Part shown: piece by piece, positions 40,495-53,000 of the stretch
How the letters are laid out: every line of letters starts with the position of its first letter
Numbering within the stretch: the stretch's first letter is position 1
Assembly: GCA_951406725.2 (NCBI GenBank)
Contig: OX597823.1
Span: 3,844,001-3,908,000 of the forward strand
Length of the DNA: 64,000 nt
From: Octopus vulgaris
Lineage: Eukaryota
Direction of reading: 5' to 3'
Program-made: the position numbers and the translations under genes
The notes under the pieces: generated by a model
What the model was told of the DNA's origin: nothing
Seen by the model: only the letters and a program-made list of their open reading frames with translations
Database searches by the model: none

Positions 40495-41760
40495 ACAAAA
40501 TCAAATTGTTGGATCAGGTATTGAAAGTTACAGAGAGCGCCATAGTCCAAATAATTAGGGAGAGAGTTAGTCTGGATGAGATGCAGTTTGGTTTTGTGCT
40601 AGGGAGAAGCACAATTGATGCTATATTTCTGGTAAGGCAGCTGCAGGAGAAATAACTAACCAAAGATAAACCTATAAACCTTTGTACTTGGCTTTTGTTG
40701 ACTTTGAGAAAGCCTTTGACAGGATCCCCCAATCCTTTATTTGGTGGTCAATGTAGAAACTAGGGATAGATGAGGGGTTGGTGAGAGCTGTACAAGCCAT
40801 GTACAGGGATGATACTAGTAAGGTGAAGGTTGGTAATGAGTACAGTGAAGAATTCAGGGTACAAGTAGGGGTTCATTAAAGATCGGTCCTCATCCTCTTC
40901 TTGTTTATCATAGTCCTCCAGGCAATAACAAAGGAATTTAAGACAGGTTGCCCCTGGAAGGTCCTCTATACTGATGACCTTGTTCTTATAGTTGAATCAC
41001 TACCAGAACTAGAGAAGAAATTCCAGGTATGGAAACAAGGTCTAGAATCAAAGAGCCTTAGAGTTAACCTAGCAAAAACCAAAGTCTTAATAAGTAGGAA
41101 GGTAGACAAACCACAAATCCTTTCAGGTAGATGGCCCTGCTCAATCTGAAGAAAATGTGTAGGTAGAAACTCCATAAGACATACCTGGAGTAAGCTATGG
41201 ACACATAAGAGGTGCAACAATATCAGAGGAAGGTTACCAGGGAAAATAGCTTTTGTGTGTGGAAGATGCACAGGTACAATAAACACCAAAAATGTACAGA
41301 AAACAGACTCCATCAACTGCCAGTGGGTTAAGCCAGAGGTAGTAGATAGCTTCAATTACCTAGGTAACCAAGTTAGTAGTGGAGGTGGATGCTCTGAGAG
41401 CAAAGCACTCAGAATAAGAATAGGCTGGGCAAAGTTCAGAGAGCTCCTACCCCTGCTGGTAACAAAGGGCCTCTCGATCAGAATGAAAGGTGGATTGTTT
41501 GATGCCTGTGTGCGAACAGCTATGCTGCATGGCAGTGAAATATGGGCTGTGACAGCTGAGGACATGTGTAGGCTTGAAAGAAATGAAGTCAGTATGCTTT
41601 GCATGTAAAAAGCACCTTTTGAGTGTTGGGCCTCACAAAAGGCAAAGTGGCTGATGTCAGTGGCACATGAAAAGCTCCTTTCGAGTATTGGGCCTCATGG
41701 AGGCAATGACCTAGACCTTTGGCATTATGTCATGCTTGAGAAGAAGACCCATCAAGCCTC
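40495..41760 (+). pseudogene. Decayed RTE LINE reverse transcriptase
   Basis: MQFGFVLGRSTIDAIFLVRQLQEK, LAFVDFEKAFD, LYTDDLVLI, VVDSFNYLG, with stops and frameshifts. Confidence 0.93.
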
Positions 41761-41976
41761 TCCTCTCCACACCACTAATGTTATCCAAGGGAATGGCAAA
41801 GGCTGATACAGCTTGGTACCAGTGATGTTGCAACGCATTTCTACAGCTGAGTGAACTGGAGCAAAGTGAATTAAAGTGTCTTGCTCAAGAACACAACACT
41901 CAGCCCAGTCCGGGAATCAAACTCACAACCTCACGGTCGTAAGCTCAATGCTCTAACCACTGAGCTATGCGCCTTC

Positions 41977-41978
<2 letters not shown>
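41760..41978 (-). mobile_element. tRNA-derived SINE, family E (related copies ~8450, 37500, 49690, 49985)
   Basis: Minus strand: tgaaggcgcatagctcagtggttagagc...gagtttgattcccgg...gtgttcttgagcaagacacttt. Confidence 0.75.
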
Positions 41979-42007
<29 letters not shown>

Positions 42008-42034
42008 TATATTTATGTGTGTGTGTGTGTGTGT

Positions 42035-42065
<31 letters not shown>

Positions 42066-42164
42066 CATACATATATATTATAGTATTATGTATGCATGTA
42101 AACAAATGTTTGAATTTATATTTACAGACATATTGTATATATGTCCTGTACATTAGCTGACTGT

Positions 42165-42473
42165 GGAGCCATATGGCCTAGTGGTTAGAGCAGCAGACTT
42201 GCAGTCGAGGGATCAAGAGTTTGAATCTAAAACCGGGTGATGTGTGTGTTTATGAGCAAAACACTTAAGCTCCACACGGCTCCAGCAGAAGGTAATGGTG
42301 AACTTCTGCTGACTCTTTTGCTACAACTTTCTCTCACTCTTTCCTCCTGCATCTATCAGCTCACCTGTGACGGACCGATGTCCAGTCCAGGTGAGGAGCC
42401 TATACACCAATGAAACCAGGAAACCAGCCCTTGTGAGCCAGGCATGACTCAAGAAAGAACAAACAACAACAAC
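42165..42473 (+). mobile_element. Complete family D SINE with target-site duplication
   Basis: tRNA head, (aac)n tail, flanked by acattagctga(c/t)tg at 42150 and 42474. Confidence 0.85.
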
Positions 42474-44379
42474 ACATTAGCTGATTGATAAATAAGGGGC
42501 AATGAAGTAAGTGACTGACTGAAATAAATATATCAATATATGTAATACAATGTAAATAATGTCATACAAAGCAGCACTGAATGAAATATGTTTGATGCAC
42601 TCTGATGTGAGAGGACCACAGAGCCAGTCCCAAGAGAAAATTGTTCTCTTAGATATTTGTAAAGACACAAGATGGGCTGCGAGTGATGTAATTCTTTTTT
42701 TAAATTCTAGCTTGTGTTTTTACATACATCAAAGAGAAGTTTACAGCTCGTGTTGGTCAACCACATGGTCCTTCCAGGCAGATGAGGAGGAATGTCACAG
42801 GGATGAGGACTGACTGGGACTCTGCTTGACATGTCGACATGGGAGAACCCAGGAATATACTGACAAATGGTGAATGCAGTGCATGCCCCAACACCTGACC
42901 TGATCTGATTAATTCTACAGCAAGAAGGTCTTTTCATATACAACTGCACACAAACGTTGCATGTGACTTTCCATGAATGCATATATATCTAATACTATAT
43001 TTTTGGTTAAATGTGTGCACGCAAGCACATGTGTGTGTGTGTGTGACTATCTTTTTTTTTCCAGTAATAATAATTGTTTCAAATTTTGGCACAGGCTAGC
43101 AATTTTAAGAGGAGGGGATTAGTCAATTATATCAACCCCAGAACTTGACTGATACTGTATTTTATTGAGTCCCAAAAGGATCAAAGGCAAAGTTGACCTC
43201 CATAGGTTTTCAACTCAAAATGTACCCCCACCCCCAACCCCGGAGGTAAGAAATGTCACTTAAGCATTTTAACTGATGTGCTAATGATTCTGCTAGCTCA
43301 CCACCTTTAATTCAACTAATAATTAATCATTTTCACACACACACATACAAATATAGTAACAGATTAATTAATTGTGTACATGTCACTTGACAGGCCATGT
43401 TCCATTGAACGAGTCAGAACAAGAAATTGTTCAGGAAAGTACCATTGTTTTGTTGTCAGGATGTAGTTGGTGTGGTTTCTCTCTGATTTCAATCCTAATC
43501 TGAGAATTTACACCAATATGACTGCAGCATCAGTAGCTTCCTCTTCTCACTCACCCTATTCTTCTCCTCCTCCTCCTTTCTCCAACTGCTGTTGCTCATA
43601 CTCTTATCACTACTGCTGCATTAAAGGCAGCAAGCTGGCAGAATTGTTAGAGTGTCAAGACAAAACACATAGCAGCATTTCTTCTGGTCCTGAGTTCAAA
43701 TTCTACTGACATCAACATTATCTTCCATTTCTTTGCGCTTTATATAATCAACTAATCCTCCCCTTAAAAGTTGCTGGCCTTGTCCCAAAATTTAAAATCT
43801 TTATCCTTGTTGCGTTTACTGATTAACCTCATGCAATCTTGATCAAATGTATCAGCCTACTGTCTTAAAATGAATGTAACAACTCAGGTAACAAAGTAGT
43901 TTTTGATATAGAAAAAAATACAAAAGGTGTGTCTGAAACGTCTTTGTGATTATTATTGTTGAAGGTATCTCTGCATGACTGCTCACGACTATATAGGCAC
44001 CTTTGCTAGTTGTTTAAGGTGCCAGTGTAATGAAAGTAGTCAAGCATAGACACCCTCAAAAGTTGCATGTGTGTGTGTGTGTATGTATAAGTCAACATTC
44101 TAATATCCTAAAGCTGGCGAACCAACTAATATGTTTCTCCATTTTCTTATTTGTAATATTAATTAATGGTAAAATATTTCTTTACCTTCACCCATTTAAA
44201 TAAATAAGTAAGTTTATTGCATTGCAATTAAAAACACTTGTGTATTAATAATTTGGGTATTATATCAACAGTATATTGGATAAGTATTATCCCTTAGTGG
44301 ATATCCACAACCCCAAACTTACTTGGTGGTATATATTTATATATATATATAACAGAAGAGTAGAAAATTTTATGGTATT

Positions 44380-44760
44380 CCCCTTCTTGGCTTGGCTTCA
44401 CTGATGAAGATTAGGAAGGCTGTTGTCCATGTTGTCTGCACGCTCATTCATGGCGGGTAAGGATGATATGGGATCAACATATCTCATTGCAATGATGATA
44501 GAGGTATGATTTCCAGCGTCTAATAGTGCAGCTGTATTATTTTTTTTCACCTCTGACGTTTGTTTTCAAGAGAGGTACTGTGAGAGATCTCAAAGGAGGA
44601 AACAGCTGATGGTACGGCACCAATCAACATGAACAGCTGTTAGAGTGGACCACTCATGATAAGCAATGTCACAAACATTAAGGAACTGCTTCAGGCAGTC
44701 CTATATATATGTAACAGAATAATATTCATTGTAGTTGAGGGTCACCAATTGTGACAGTAA
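44380..44760 (-). mobile_element. Old RTE-BovB-like 3' end
   Basis: Remnants DCLKQFLNVCDIAYHEWSTL...W and HCNEIC*SHIILTRH. Confidence 0.5.
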
Positions 44761-44799
44761 ATGTTGGAACGTCGAAGTCATCAACTGTAATGGTGCACA

Positions 44800-46265
44800 C
44801 GGGACTTAGATTCTCTCAAATGCCCAGGAGGTTCACTTAAGGTTGTAGATAGTTTCTGTTACCTAGGTGACCAAATTAGCAATGGTAGAGGATGCTCTGA
44901 AAGTATTGTTTCTAGAATAAGAATTAGGTGGAAGTTCAGAGAGCTAATACCTCTGTCGGCAGCAAAAGGACTCTCTCTCAGAGTGAAAGGTAGACTATAT
45001 GATGCTTGTGAGCAAACGGTTATACTCTATGGTAGTAAGACATGCATAGTACTCTATGGTACTATGGTAGTACTCTATGGTAGTAAGACATGCAGAAGAC
45101 ATGCATAGACTGGAGAGAAATGAAGGTACTATTCTCCGCTGGATGTGCAACATTAGTATGCATGTACGACAAAGTGCAAATGTATTGAAAGAAAAGTTGG
45201 GCATAAGAGGAATCAAATGTAGCATGCAAGAGAGAAGACTGTGTTGGTTTGGACATGTGATGCATATGAATGAGGACAGCTGCATAAAGAAGTGTTGATC
45301 ACTGAAAGTGGATGGTATCCATGGAAGAGGGAAACCCAGTAAGACATGGGATGAAGTGGTAAGGACTGATGTCAGGATGTTGGGCCTTACGGAGGAAACA
45401 ACAATGGACTGAGCTGTCTGGTAATATGAAGTTCTTGAGAAGACCCACCCACGTCAATGAAACTGAGTTCTAGAAGTGTTGTATGTCCCACCCACATTAA
45501 ACAAGAAAATTTCTCTCACACTCTACCACAACAAACCAAACTACATCTCTTCTCTTCCTCACATTTCCACTTCATGCACAAGGCTTACCTCCCACTCTCC
45601 AGTCCTGTCCACTTGGCCTTGTGCCACTGTATCATTACTATCCGCTAGCTTCTGACCTGCATATTCCATGCATGCCCTGTCTCACTGTATCACTGCATAT
45701 GCCCAGCACTTTGCCATCATCTCTATCCTGCTGTCTCCCCCTCTCTCTTTCCTTCTGCATTTCCCTCAGATTGGGTAACCATGTTTTTCTGTTGTGGCAG
45801 CGCATGCATCTGTTTTTGTCTTTATTCCTGATCTCTCTCTCTCTCTCTCTCTCTCTCTCCTGTCTCACTATAAGCTTTCATTATCCAACACAAGATCACC
45901 TCCTCCAATGCCCTCTCCCCTCTCAAAAGAGTTTTTTATTTTGTCTAGAGAGTACTTAGTGATCCTGTCAGTGCAGATGCCACTTAAAAAGCACCCAGTC
46001 CACATTGTAAAGTGGTCGGCGTTTCAAAGGGCATCCAGCTGTAAAAACCTTGCCAAACCTGACCTTGCCCTATGTTTGTTCCACGTAAAAATCACTAAGT
46101 CCACTCTGCCTAGTGGTTGGTGCTAGGAAGGACATCCAGCTGTAAAAATCCTGCCAAAACAGTTGCAGAAGTCTGGTACAGGCTTCTGCCTGGCCAGCTC
46201 TTCTTGTCAAACTGTCCTACCCATGCCAGTGTGGAAGGTGGATGTTAAACGATAATGATGATGAT
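44800..46265 (+). mobile_element. RTE LINE 3' fragment with long UTR
   Basis: VDSFCYLGDQI...ERRLCWFGHV...GRGKPSKTWDEVV; (gat)n tail near 46255. Confidence 0.85.
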
Positions 46266-46829
46266 ATTGAATGAAACAATAATCTGGCTTCAGCCAAGGC
46301 GGGCTACACTGAGAAAATTCAACATATTCCTGATGTGGATATTAAGAAGCTACACAAGGATGGAGAAATACATAAATAGAAGACTGGTGATAGTAATAAT
46401 GGAAATAAAGGTACTAAGGTTAGAGAGTAAGATGAAAATTGTTGGTAAAAGGAAATACAGTGCAAATACAATAGCAAGATGAATAGTGCATATGGCAATG
46501 TGTAATGGTTGTGGTGTGCCAAGCTAGTTGAAATGCACATCAGCTAAATAAATCATTGATAGTGCATTTTCAGTCTTTACACACACACACACGTGTGTGG
46601 GCCCACATGGCACAGAAGAAAATGAAGATATTAATATAGCCTCGTTTAATACTGGTTACTATTGCTTCAGTACCATTCCAGTTCAAAACACATTAAGTAT
46701 AATCAATTATGTGTAGTAAATTACATAAGAACTATATAAATTTATCCTTAGTTGAATACTAAGCCTTGCTATATAGCATATTGTTTTTTTTTTTGGTAGG
46801 ATCAACAAAAAAAGTATTCCATGACCTTC

Positions 46830-47510
46830 AAACATTGGGCCTCACTAAGGCAATGACTAGTGACCGGGACCTCTGGAAATATGCTGTGCTTGTAAAGACT
46901 TGGCAAGCACAAGTGAGACCATAACCTCGTGGCCTATGCCAAGGGTGTAACCAGTCCACTTATGCATGCCTTTCCTTCATTGGACACTAAACTCTGCTTG
47001 CAAAGACTTGTTGAGGCAAGTGAATTGGAATCGAAATCAAAATCAAATTCGATGACTGGCACTCGTGCTAGTAGAGCGCTAAGAGTACCATATAAGTGAG
47101 ATCGTTACCAGAGCAACAAGCTGGCCTCCGTGCCAATGGCACGTTAAAATACCACCATTCGAGCGTGATCATTATCTTCATCGCCTTATTAGCACCTGTG
47201 CTGGTGGCACATAAAAAACATTCAAAGCGAGGTCGTTGCCAGTGCCGCTGGACTGGCTCCTGTGCCGCTGGCACATAAAAAGCACCATCTGAGCATGGCT
47301 GTTGCCAGTACCGCCTGACTGGCCCTCGTGCCGATGGCACGTAAAAGCACCCACTACACTCTCAGAGTGGTTGGCGTTAGGAAGGGCATTGAGCTGTAGA
47401 AACTCTGCCGGATCAGATTGGAGTCTGGTGCAGCCAACTGGTTTACCAGTCCTCAGTCAAATTATCCAACCCATGATAGCATGGAAAGCGGATGTTAAAC
47501 GATGATGATG
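46830..47510 (+). mobile_element. RTE ORF end plus complete 3' UTR with tandem subunits
   Basis: Reverse complement of ~5951-6590. Confidence 0.88.
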
Positions 47511-47614
47511 ATTAATATCCAAAGGATTTAATGGCAAGCTACTATGAGGTTCATGCCACTGATAATACAATGGTCAGATGAGTTTGTATAGCATGCCATG
47601 TATTATCAGCTAAT

Positions 47615-48215
47615 TTTTAGCAACAGAAGAGTATTAATACCAAAAGGTAGTCTTTCTATCCAACTTAATGTAGAGGTATTGTTAGAATACTGAATACAGT
47701 AATATTTTCCCTGAGAGGTCCCCTCATATAGACATCTAGTGCATAAAAGCATAGACATATATCATAGCAGACAAGAAAAGTCTAGCACAGGCATTGGAAC
47801 TATCAGATCATGATTTCAGTGAACTGCACTTCTTCAGTGGCAGGCATCCAACACCATATACCAGCCAAGGCTTGCTGCCAACAATATATAGAACTAAAGT
47901 GTCTTTTCAATCACTGATGTCACAAATAGTCAGAAGGTTTATTAAAAAATAATTGTTAGCAACAGAAGCAGTATCAATGGCAAAAGGTAATCTTTATTTA
48001 TAACTTTACGTGGATGTATTGGTAGAACGTGAAGTGCCGTGTTATTCATCCTGAGCGGTCCTCTCATAGGCACTTGAAATTCTATATACTGTTGGTAGTG
48101 AGATTTGGCTGGTAGGCAAACCTGCCACTGAAGAAGTACAGAAATCAAGTAATTTGGCAGTTCTGGCGCCCATGTCAGACGATTCTCATCAGCTATGTAT
48201 ATGTCCGTGCCTGTA
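47615..48215. repeat. Two ~340-bp tandem HHR-containing units, the first with an internal inversion
   Basis: ttagcaacagaag...cctgag.ggtcc.ctcata at 47617 and 47956 (direct); 47745-47900 is the reverse complement of 48075-48215. Confidence 0.75.
47800..47843 (-). ncRNA. Type I hammerhead ribozyme
   Basis: ctgcca-CTGAAGA-agtg-cagtt-cact-GAAA-tca-tga-TC-tgatag. The second copy (48122-48160, +) has a perfect stem I ctgcca/tggcag but a shortened stem II. Confidence 0.75.
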
Positions 48216-50317
48216 TACACCATACGTCTATGAGAGGCCTTTTGCAGGGCCAATACTGCAGTATTTGTGTTCTAACAATACATCCATGTTAAAATAGATA
48301 TAAAGATTGCCTTTATGATAGTGACATTTAGCATTTGTGGATGTGTAATTTTTTAAAAGCGCAACAGCCTGACAACCCTTTATGATTAATACAATATAGT
48401 TTAAATGTTTTCTCTTGGCCTCAGGAGAAAGAAACTTTTATCTGCTCTTGTGTTGTTGTCGTCTGCCTTAGTCATTCTACATTTTCTCATCTTTCATCTT
48501 CTATCTTTCATTTTCTATCGCTTTCCTTCTTCTTCCGTCTTCTTAAGTCTTCTTCCGCTTCCATATATCTTTCTCTACTATCTTGTGTCTTTCATTTCCG
48601 TCATCATTTTATTCTTCTTCTGCTCTTCTTCTTTTCCATCCTCCATCAGGTTGAACACCTGAGGATGTCTCTCAACAGTGCCAAGCTTACTTTTCAACAA
48701 ACGACATATCTTTATCAGAAGTATGCGGCTGTTGTTCTTATTGTTGTTGTGTCAGTATTTCATTCAACATCAAGAAATAGATTTTAAGCACAGAGTAAAA
48801 GAAAAATAACAGAAAAATAAACAAACCCAAGCTGTGATTACACCCTTATTATACAATATTAGTTTTATGTTTTATGTTATTTTATCTTATATTTCGTTTT
48901 TTTTCATTATATGTCATTTTCTCAGAGCGTGTGAGAATCGAAAGTTTCGTTTTTACACCTCATCCATTCATTGTCATTTCCCCTCTCTCACCCCAACATA
49001 CAAACCTCACAACTGTTTTTACTATATGGTGGTGGGGGAACGTATGACATTATTTCCGTTTTGATGGAATATATACCCCCACGAGGAAATGTTCTCTCTT
49101 TATTCTCTCCCCCGCACTTAGTCATATATTAAACCAAGGCAAACAGATGCCAGTGGATGCCACGCGAACACTGAAGGGGTTTTATTTGACTGACTTGGCA
49201 GGCCGTTTAACGGAAAGTTAAATGAAATAAACATTAAACCGAACAGAAATGATATCATCTCAACTTAACTTCATTAAACCAATAAAACCAAAAAAAAAAA
49301 CAAAAACATATCAATTTTATCTGCTTGTCTGTCTGTCAAACATACATACGCACACTAACAGCAAAGCGCATGAACAAACGGGAAAAAAAATTAAATATAT
49401 TTGAAAAGGAGAGAGAAACACATTGACAGGCGCTGTAGCAAACCCTAAATATATTTTGAACCCAGTCAGAAGACCCGTTTCTTAAACTGGTTCCATTTGG
49501 TAAACCACACTGTGATATATCTGATTATCTTCTCTCTTAAGTTAGCGAGCGCACAGGGAGTATAGTCAGTCATCACTTACATATGAACGAGTATGGTTTG
49601 GTAAACATAGCATTGATTTACTAAAAGGATTAAATGCCTATGTAATCACGAGCAGACACGGATCCCCTTTCGACCCTCCCACGCTTGATCCAGTGGTACA
49701 GTAAGGATATGAGAGCTGGGAGGTGAGAGACGGAATCAGAAGGCTGCACAAGCTGGTACTCATTTTCAGCTGTATCGATTGGAACAACATGAAATGTCTT
49801 GCTCAAGGAGATAATGCTTGTCCCAATGCATTGGGTGAATTGAGCAAAACAACAAATGATCACAGTCCAGGCACTCTCACCACTGGCAACACATCTTCAC
49901 TACACACACACACACCCAACCCCAAACATACACACACACGCACACACGCACACACATAGATATGTATATACACAAATATACACATGTGAAGGTACATAGT
50001 CTAGTAGTCAGGTGTGTTGCATTCACAACCTCATGATTGTGGTTTCAGTTCTCAGACCAGCTGTGCATTGTGTTCTTGAGCAAAACACTCCATTTCATGT
50101 TGCTCCAGTCCACTGATCTGCAACAGACTAGCCTTCCGATCAGGGGCAATGTTGGCCTGCTCACTTGACCAGCAGGGTGGCATCATTCAAATGCTAAAAT
50201 GATGCAAAATGCATTGTGTCCAGCAATGTATAACAGCATCCAATAGTTTGGTTGGTCATGTGATTATGTAATAAACATATATATATATATATATAAATAT
50301 TTTATTTATTTTATAGA

Positions 50318-50420
50318 AGGAGCTTCTACAGGACTAGAACTGTTTCATTCAAAAGAAATCATCAGGAGCTTCCTGATGATTTCTTTTGAATGAAACAGTT
50401 CTAGTCCTGTAGAAGCTCCT
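50318..50420. repeat. Perfect 50-bp inverted repeat with a 3-nt spacer
   Basis: 50318-50367 is the exact reverse complement of 50371-50420. Confidence 0.97.
50364..50420 (+). ncRNA. Type I hammerhead ribozyme (mirror copy on the minus strand)
   Basis: aggagcttc-CTGATGA-t-ttc-tttt-gaa-t-GAAA-cag-ttctagtc-ctg-TA-gaagctcct; 9-bp stem I, GUA cleavage triplet. Confidence 0.8.
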
Positions 50421-50511
50421 ATAAAATAAATTAATTTACTCTGCTATGTATTGAGTACCTTATTTACTGTGGTTAACCCCGACTCAACCCGGGACCTACA
50501 TATATATATAT

Positions 50512-51670
50512 ATACTTTATTTTAAGCAGCAGAAAATTCACCAAAATCTGTTACTCTGAGTTTCTCGTTGCCGTTCATCAGACAGTTTTTGCTAGAATGG
50601 AACTTATATATTAATTCAATCTATACTCTTACAAACGCTACACCTTTAAAAAGAAATGGACTTGTTTGATTGGCCCTTTAGAAAAAAACGGTCAATCTTC
50701 GAGCGATAAACAAAAAGGTCAAAAATATATGTATATATATATAAAAAAACTTATAAAAATTATAAAAATTATAAAATCCGAGGAAAAAACCGAGGAAAAA
50801 ACCTATTGCCGTTAATGAAGACAGTACAAATTAATGCACAGAAATTAAACCTGTTATAAATACTGCAATACATATTTATATTAAAATCCACATATATATA
50901 TATCAACATACACAAAAGGATGCGCGTAAACGCCATACATACATATACAGACGTATGAATATGAATCTAAATTATACACATAAAAGCATGTGTACATATA
51001 TTCACGCAAACCGTCTCGCACGCAAGCTAAAATTCATCTATGTAGCAATTCTCATATACTGAGCAAGGAGGGCGAACGAAAGAAAGGGAAAGAGAGAAAA
51101 AGGAACGAAGGAGGGGTGGGGAAAAAACTTGTAGCGATGTTATTGGCATCTATAGAGGCCAGTATACATACACAAGTTTGAATTGATACATATACATATC
51201 GTCGTGTGTATGCGTGCTTAAGCACAAGTATACTTTCACTTACACATACACAGATACGCATGCTTACAAATACATATGCTTTGCTATACACATACTTATA
51301 TAAACATTCTAATTTTGACAACATTGCTTTTTTTTAAAAAAACATTGCTTTTAAAAAATGGGTGCATTAATAAAAATATATACGAAAGACATATAAAATA
51401 AAATATAACATCCTATTTTGGGTCATTTATAAATAATCAAGGTAATATAAATAATCAAGGTAATCCTATGCAATACAATAACATGAAAACAAAGTTTGTA
51501 GGTTTTTTCCTAATATATATGTAGAAACAATAAGACTTTGCTATAGATCCGTCGTAGCGCTCAAGAGTCAAAATCAAAATCAAAAATCAAAATACAAAAT
51601 ATATACTCTATCCATATAGTATATTTATATTCGACATTTTAAATTTAGCCGCGTGCCTACATAAGTTCAT
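50512..51670 (-). mobile_element. PLE-derived repeat, same family as 1-880
   Basis: Terminal ~300 bp homologous to 630-880; the far boundary is a guess; no recognisable ORF. Confidence 0.5.
50548..50585 (-). ncRNA. Minimal type I hammerhead ribozyme
   Basis: ctgt-CTGATGA-a-cg-gcaa-cg-a-GAAA-ctc-a-gag-TA-acag. Confidence 0.8.
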
Positions 51671-51865
51671 TAACTCATATATCATCATCATCATCATCAT
51701 CATTTAGCGTCCGTTTTCCATGCTAGCATGGGTTGGACGGTTCAACTGGGGGTCTGGGGAGCCCGAAGGCTGTTTCTTGTGTGCCACCGGCACTGGTACC
51801 ACAAAGATACAAATTCCATTGATGTTCATCTATTTTGATTTGTTTTGATTTGATTGGATTTTTTG

Positions 51866-51937
<72 letters not shown>

Positions 51938-52072
51938 TACATATATACACACACACACACACATACATACATATATATATACATATATACACACACACAC
52001 ACACACACAGATACATACATATATATATACATATATACACACACACACACACATACATACATATATATATAT

Positions 52073-52119
<47 letters not shown>

Positions 52120-52202
52120 AACAAAATGGAGTTGTAGGGTACCGCACGAGTGGAATTATATACGAAAGAAGGTTTGAAAATGCAATTTTAAAAGATGTTT
52201 AT

Positions 52203-52247
52203 TTACTTTACCGGTTTCACTCTTTGGAAAAAGATTGTCAAAAGTAA
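52203..52247 (-). ncRNA. Hammerhead-topology motif with U3/A8 core
   Basis: ttactt-TTGACAA-tcttt-ttcc-aaaga-gt-GAAA-cc-gg-TA-aagtaa. Confidence 0.6.
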
Positions 52248-52269
52248 CATGTAGAAGTTTGGTTGCGTT

Positions 52270-52645
52270 AATTATTGGTTGTTACAAAATGCTACATTAC
52301 ATATATACAGTCTTTGGTAACAAGGACATGTTAAGGACATAAAAAAGTTTAACAAGTTCCTTAAAATATTGGGCACAAAAGATTACAACATAAATAATCA
52401 TTCTCAAGAATATGTTAAAGATAGTTTCCAGAAGGAATTATTAAAAAGTTCAGTGGGATATTGGTATTGTATCTGTATATTCAAACACGCACAGAATATT
52501 GGTTGACACAGAGTACTACAATACATATATATACATTCTTTGGTGACAAGAGCATGTTAAGAACATAAAAAAGTTTAACAAGTTCATTGAAATATTGGGC
52601 ACAAAAGATTACAACAAATATATTATACATTCTCAAGATAATTTC
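52270..52645. repeat. Direct repeat with a 226-bp period next to the HHR
   Basis: tctttggt.acaag..catgttaag.acataaaaaagtttaacaagttc...gggcacaaaagattacaaca at 52311 and 52537. Confidence 0.85.
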
Positions 52646-52649
52646 CGGA

Positions 52650-53000
52650 AATTACATCAAATGGAAATTGTAGTTGGGATCTCCGTGCTAGTGGTACATA
52701 AAAAGCACCATCCGAACATGGCCAATGCCAGCGCCACCTTGATTGGCTTCTGTGTCGGTAGCACATAAAAAGCACCAACCAATTGTGATCGTTGCCAGCC
52801 TCCTCTGGCCCCTGTGCTGGTGGCACGTAAAAAGCACCCACTACATTCTCGGAGTGGTTGGCGTTAGGAAGGGCATCCAGCTGTAGGAACACTGCCAGAT
52901 CAGACTGGAGCCTGGTGCAGCCTCCTGGCTTCTCAGACCCCAGTCAAACCATCCAACCCATGCCAGCATGGAAAACTGACATTAAACGATGATGATGATG
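52650..53000 (+). mobile_element. RTE 3' UTR copy
   Basis: Three taaaaagcacc subunits, aggaagggcatccagct, (gat)n tail. Confidence 0.85.

Noticed and set aside
47120-47355. CRISPR-like regularly spaced taaaagcacc repeats
   Set aside because: The spacers are homologous to each other, the array lies in a LINE 3' UTR, there are no cas genes, and the context is eukaryotic.
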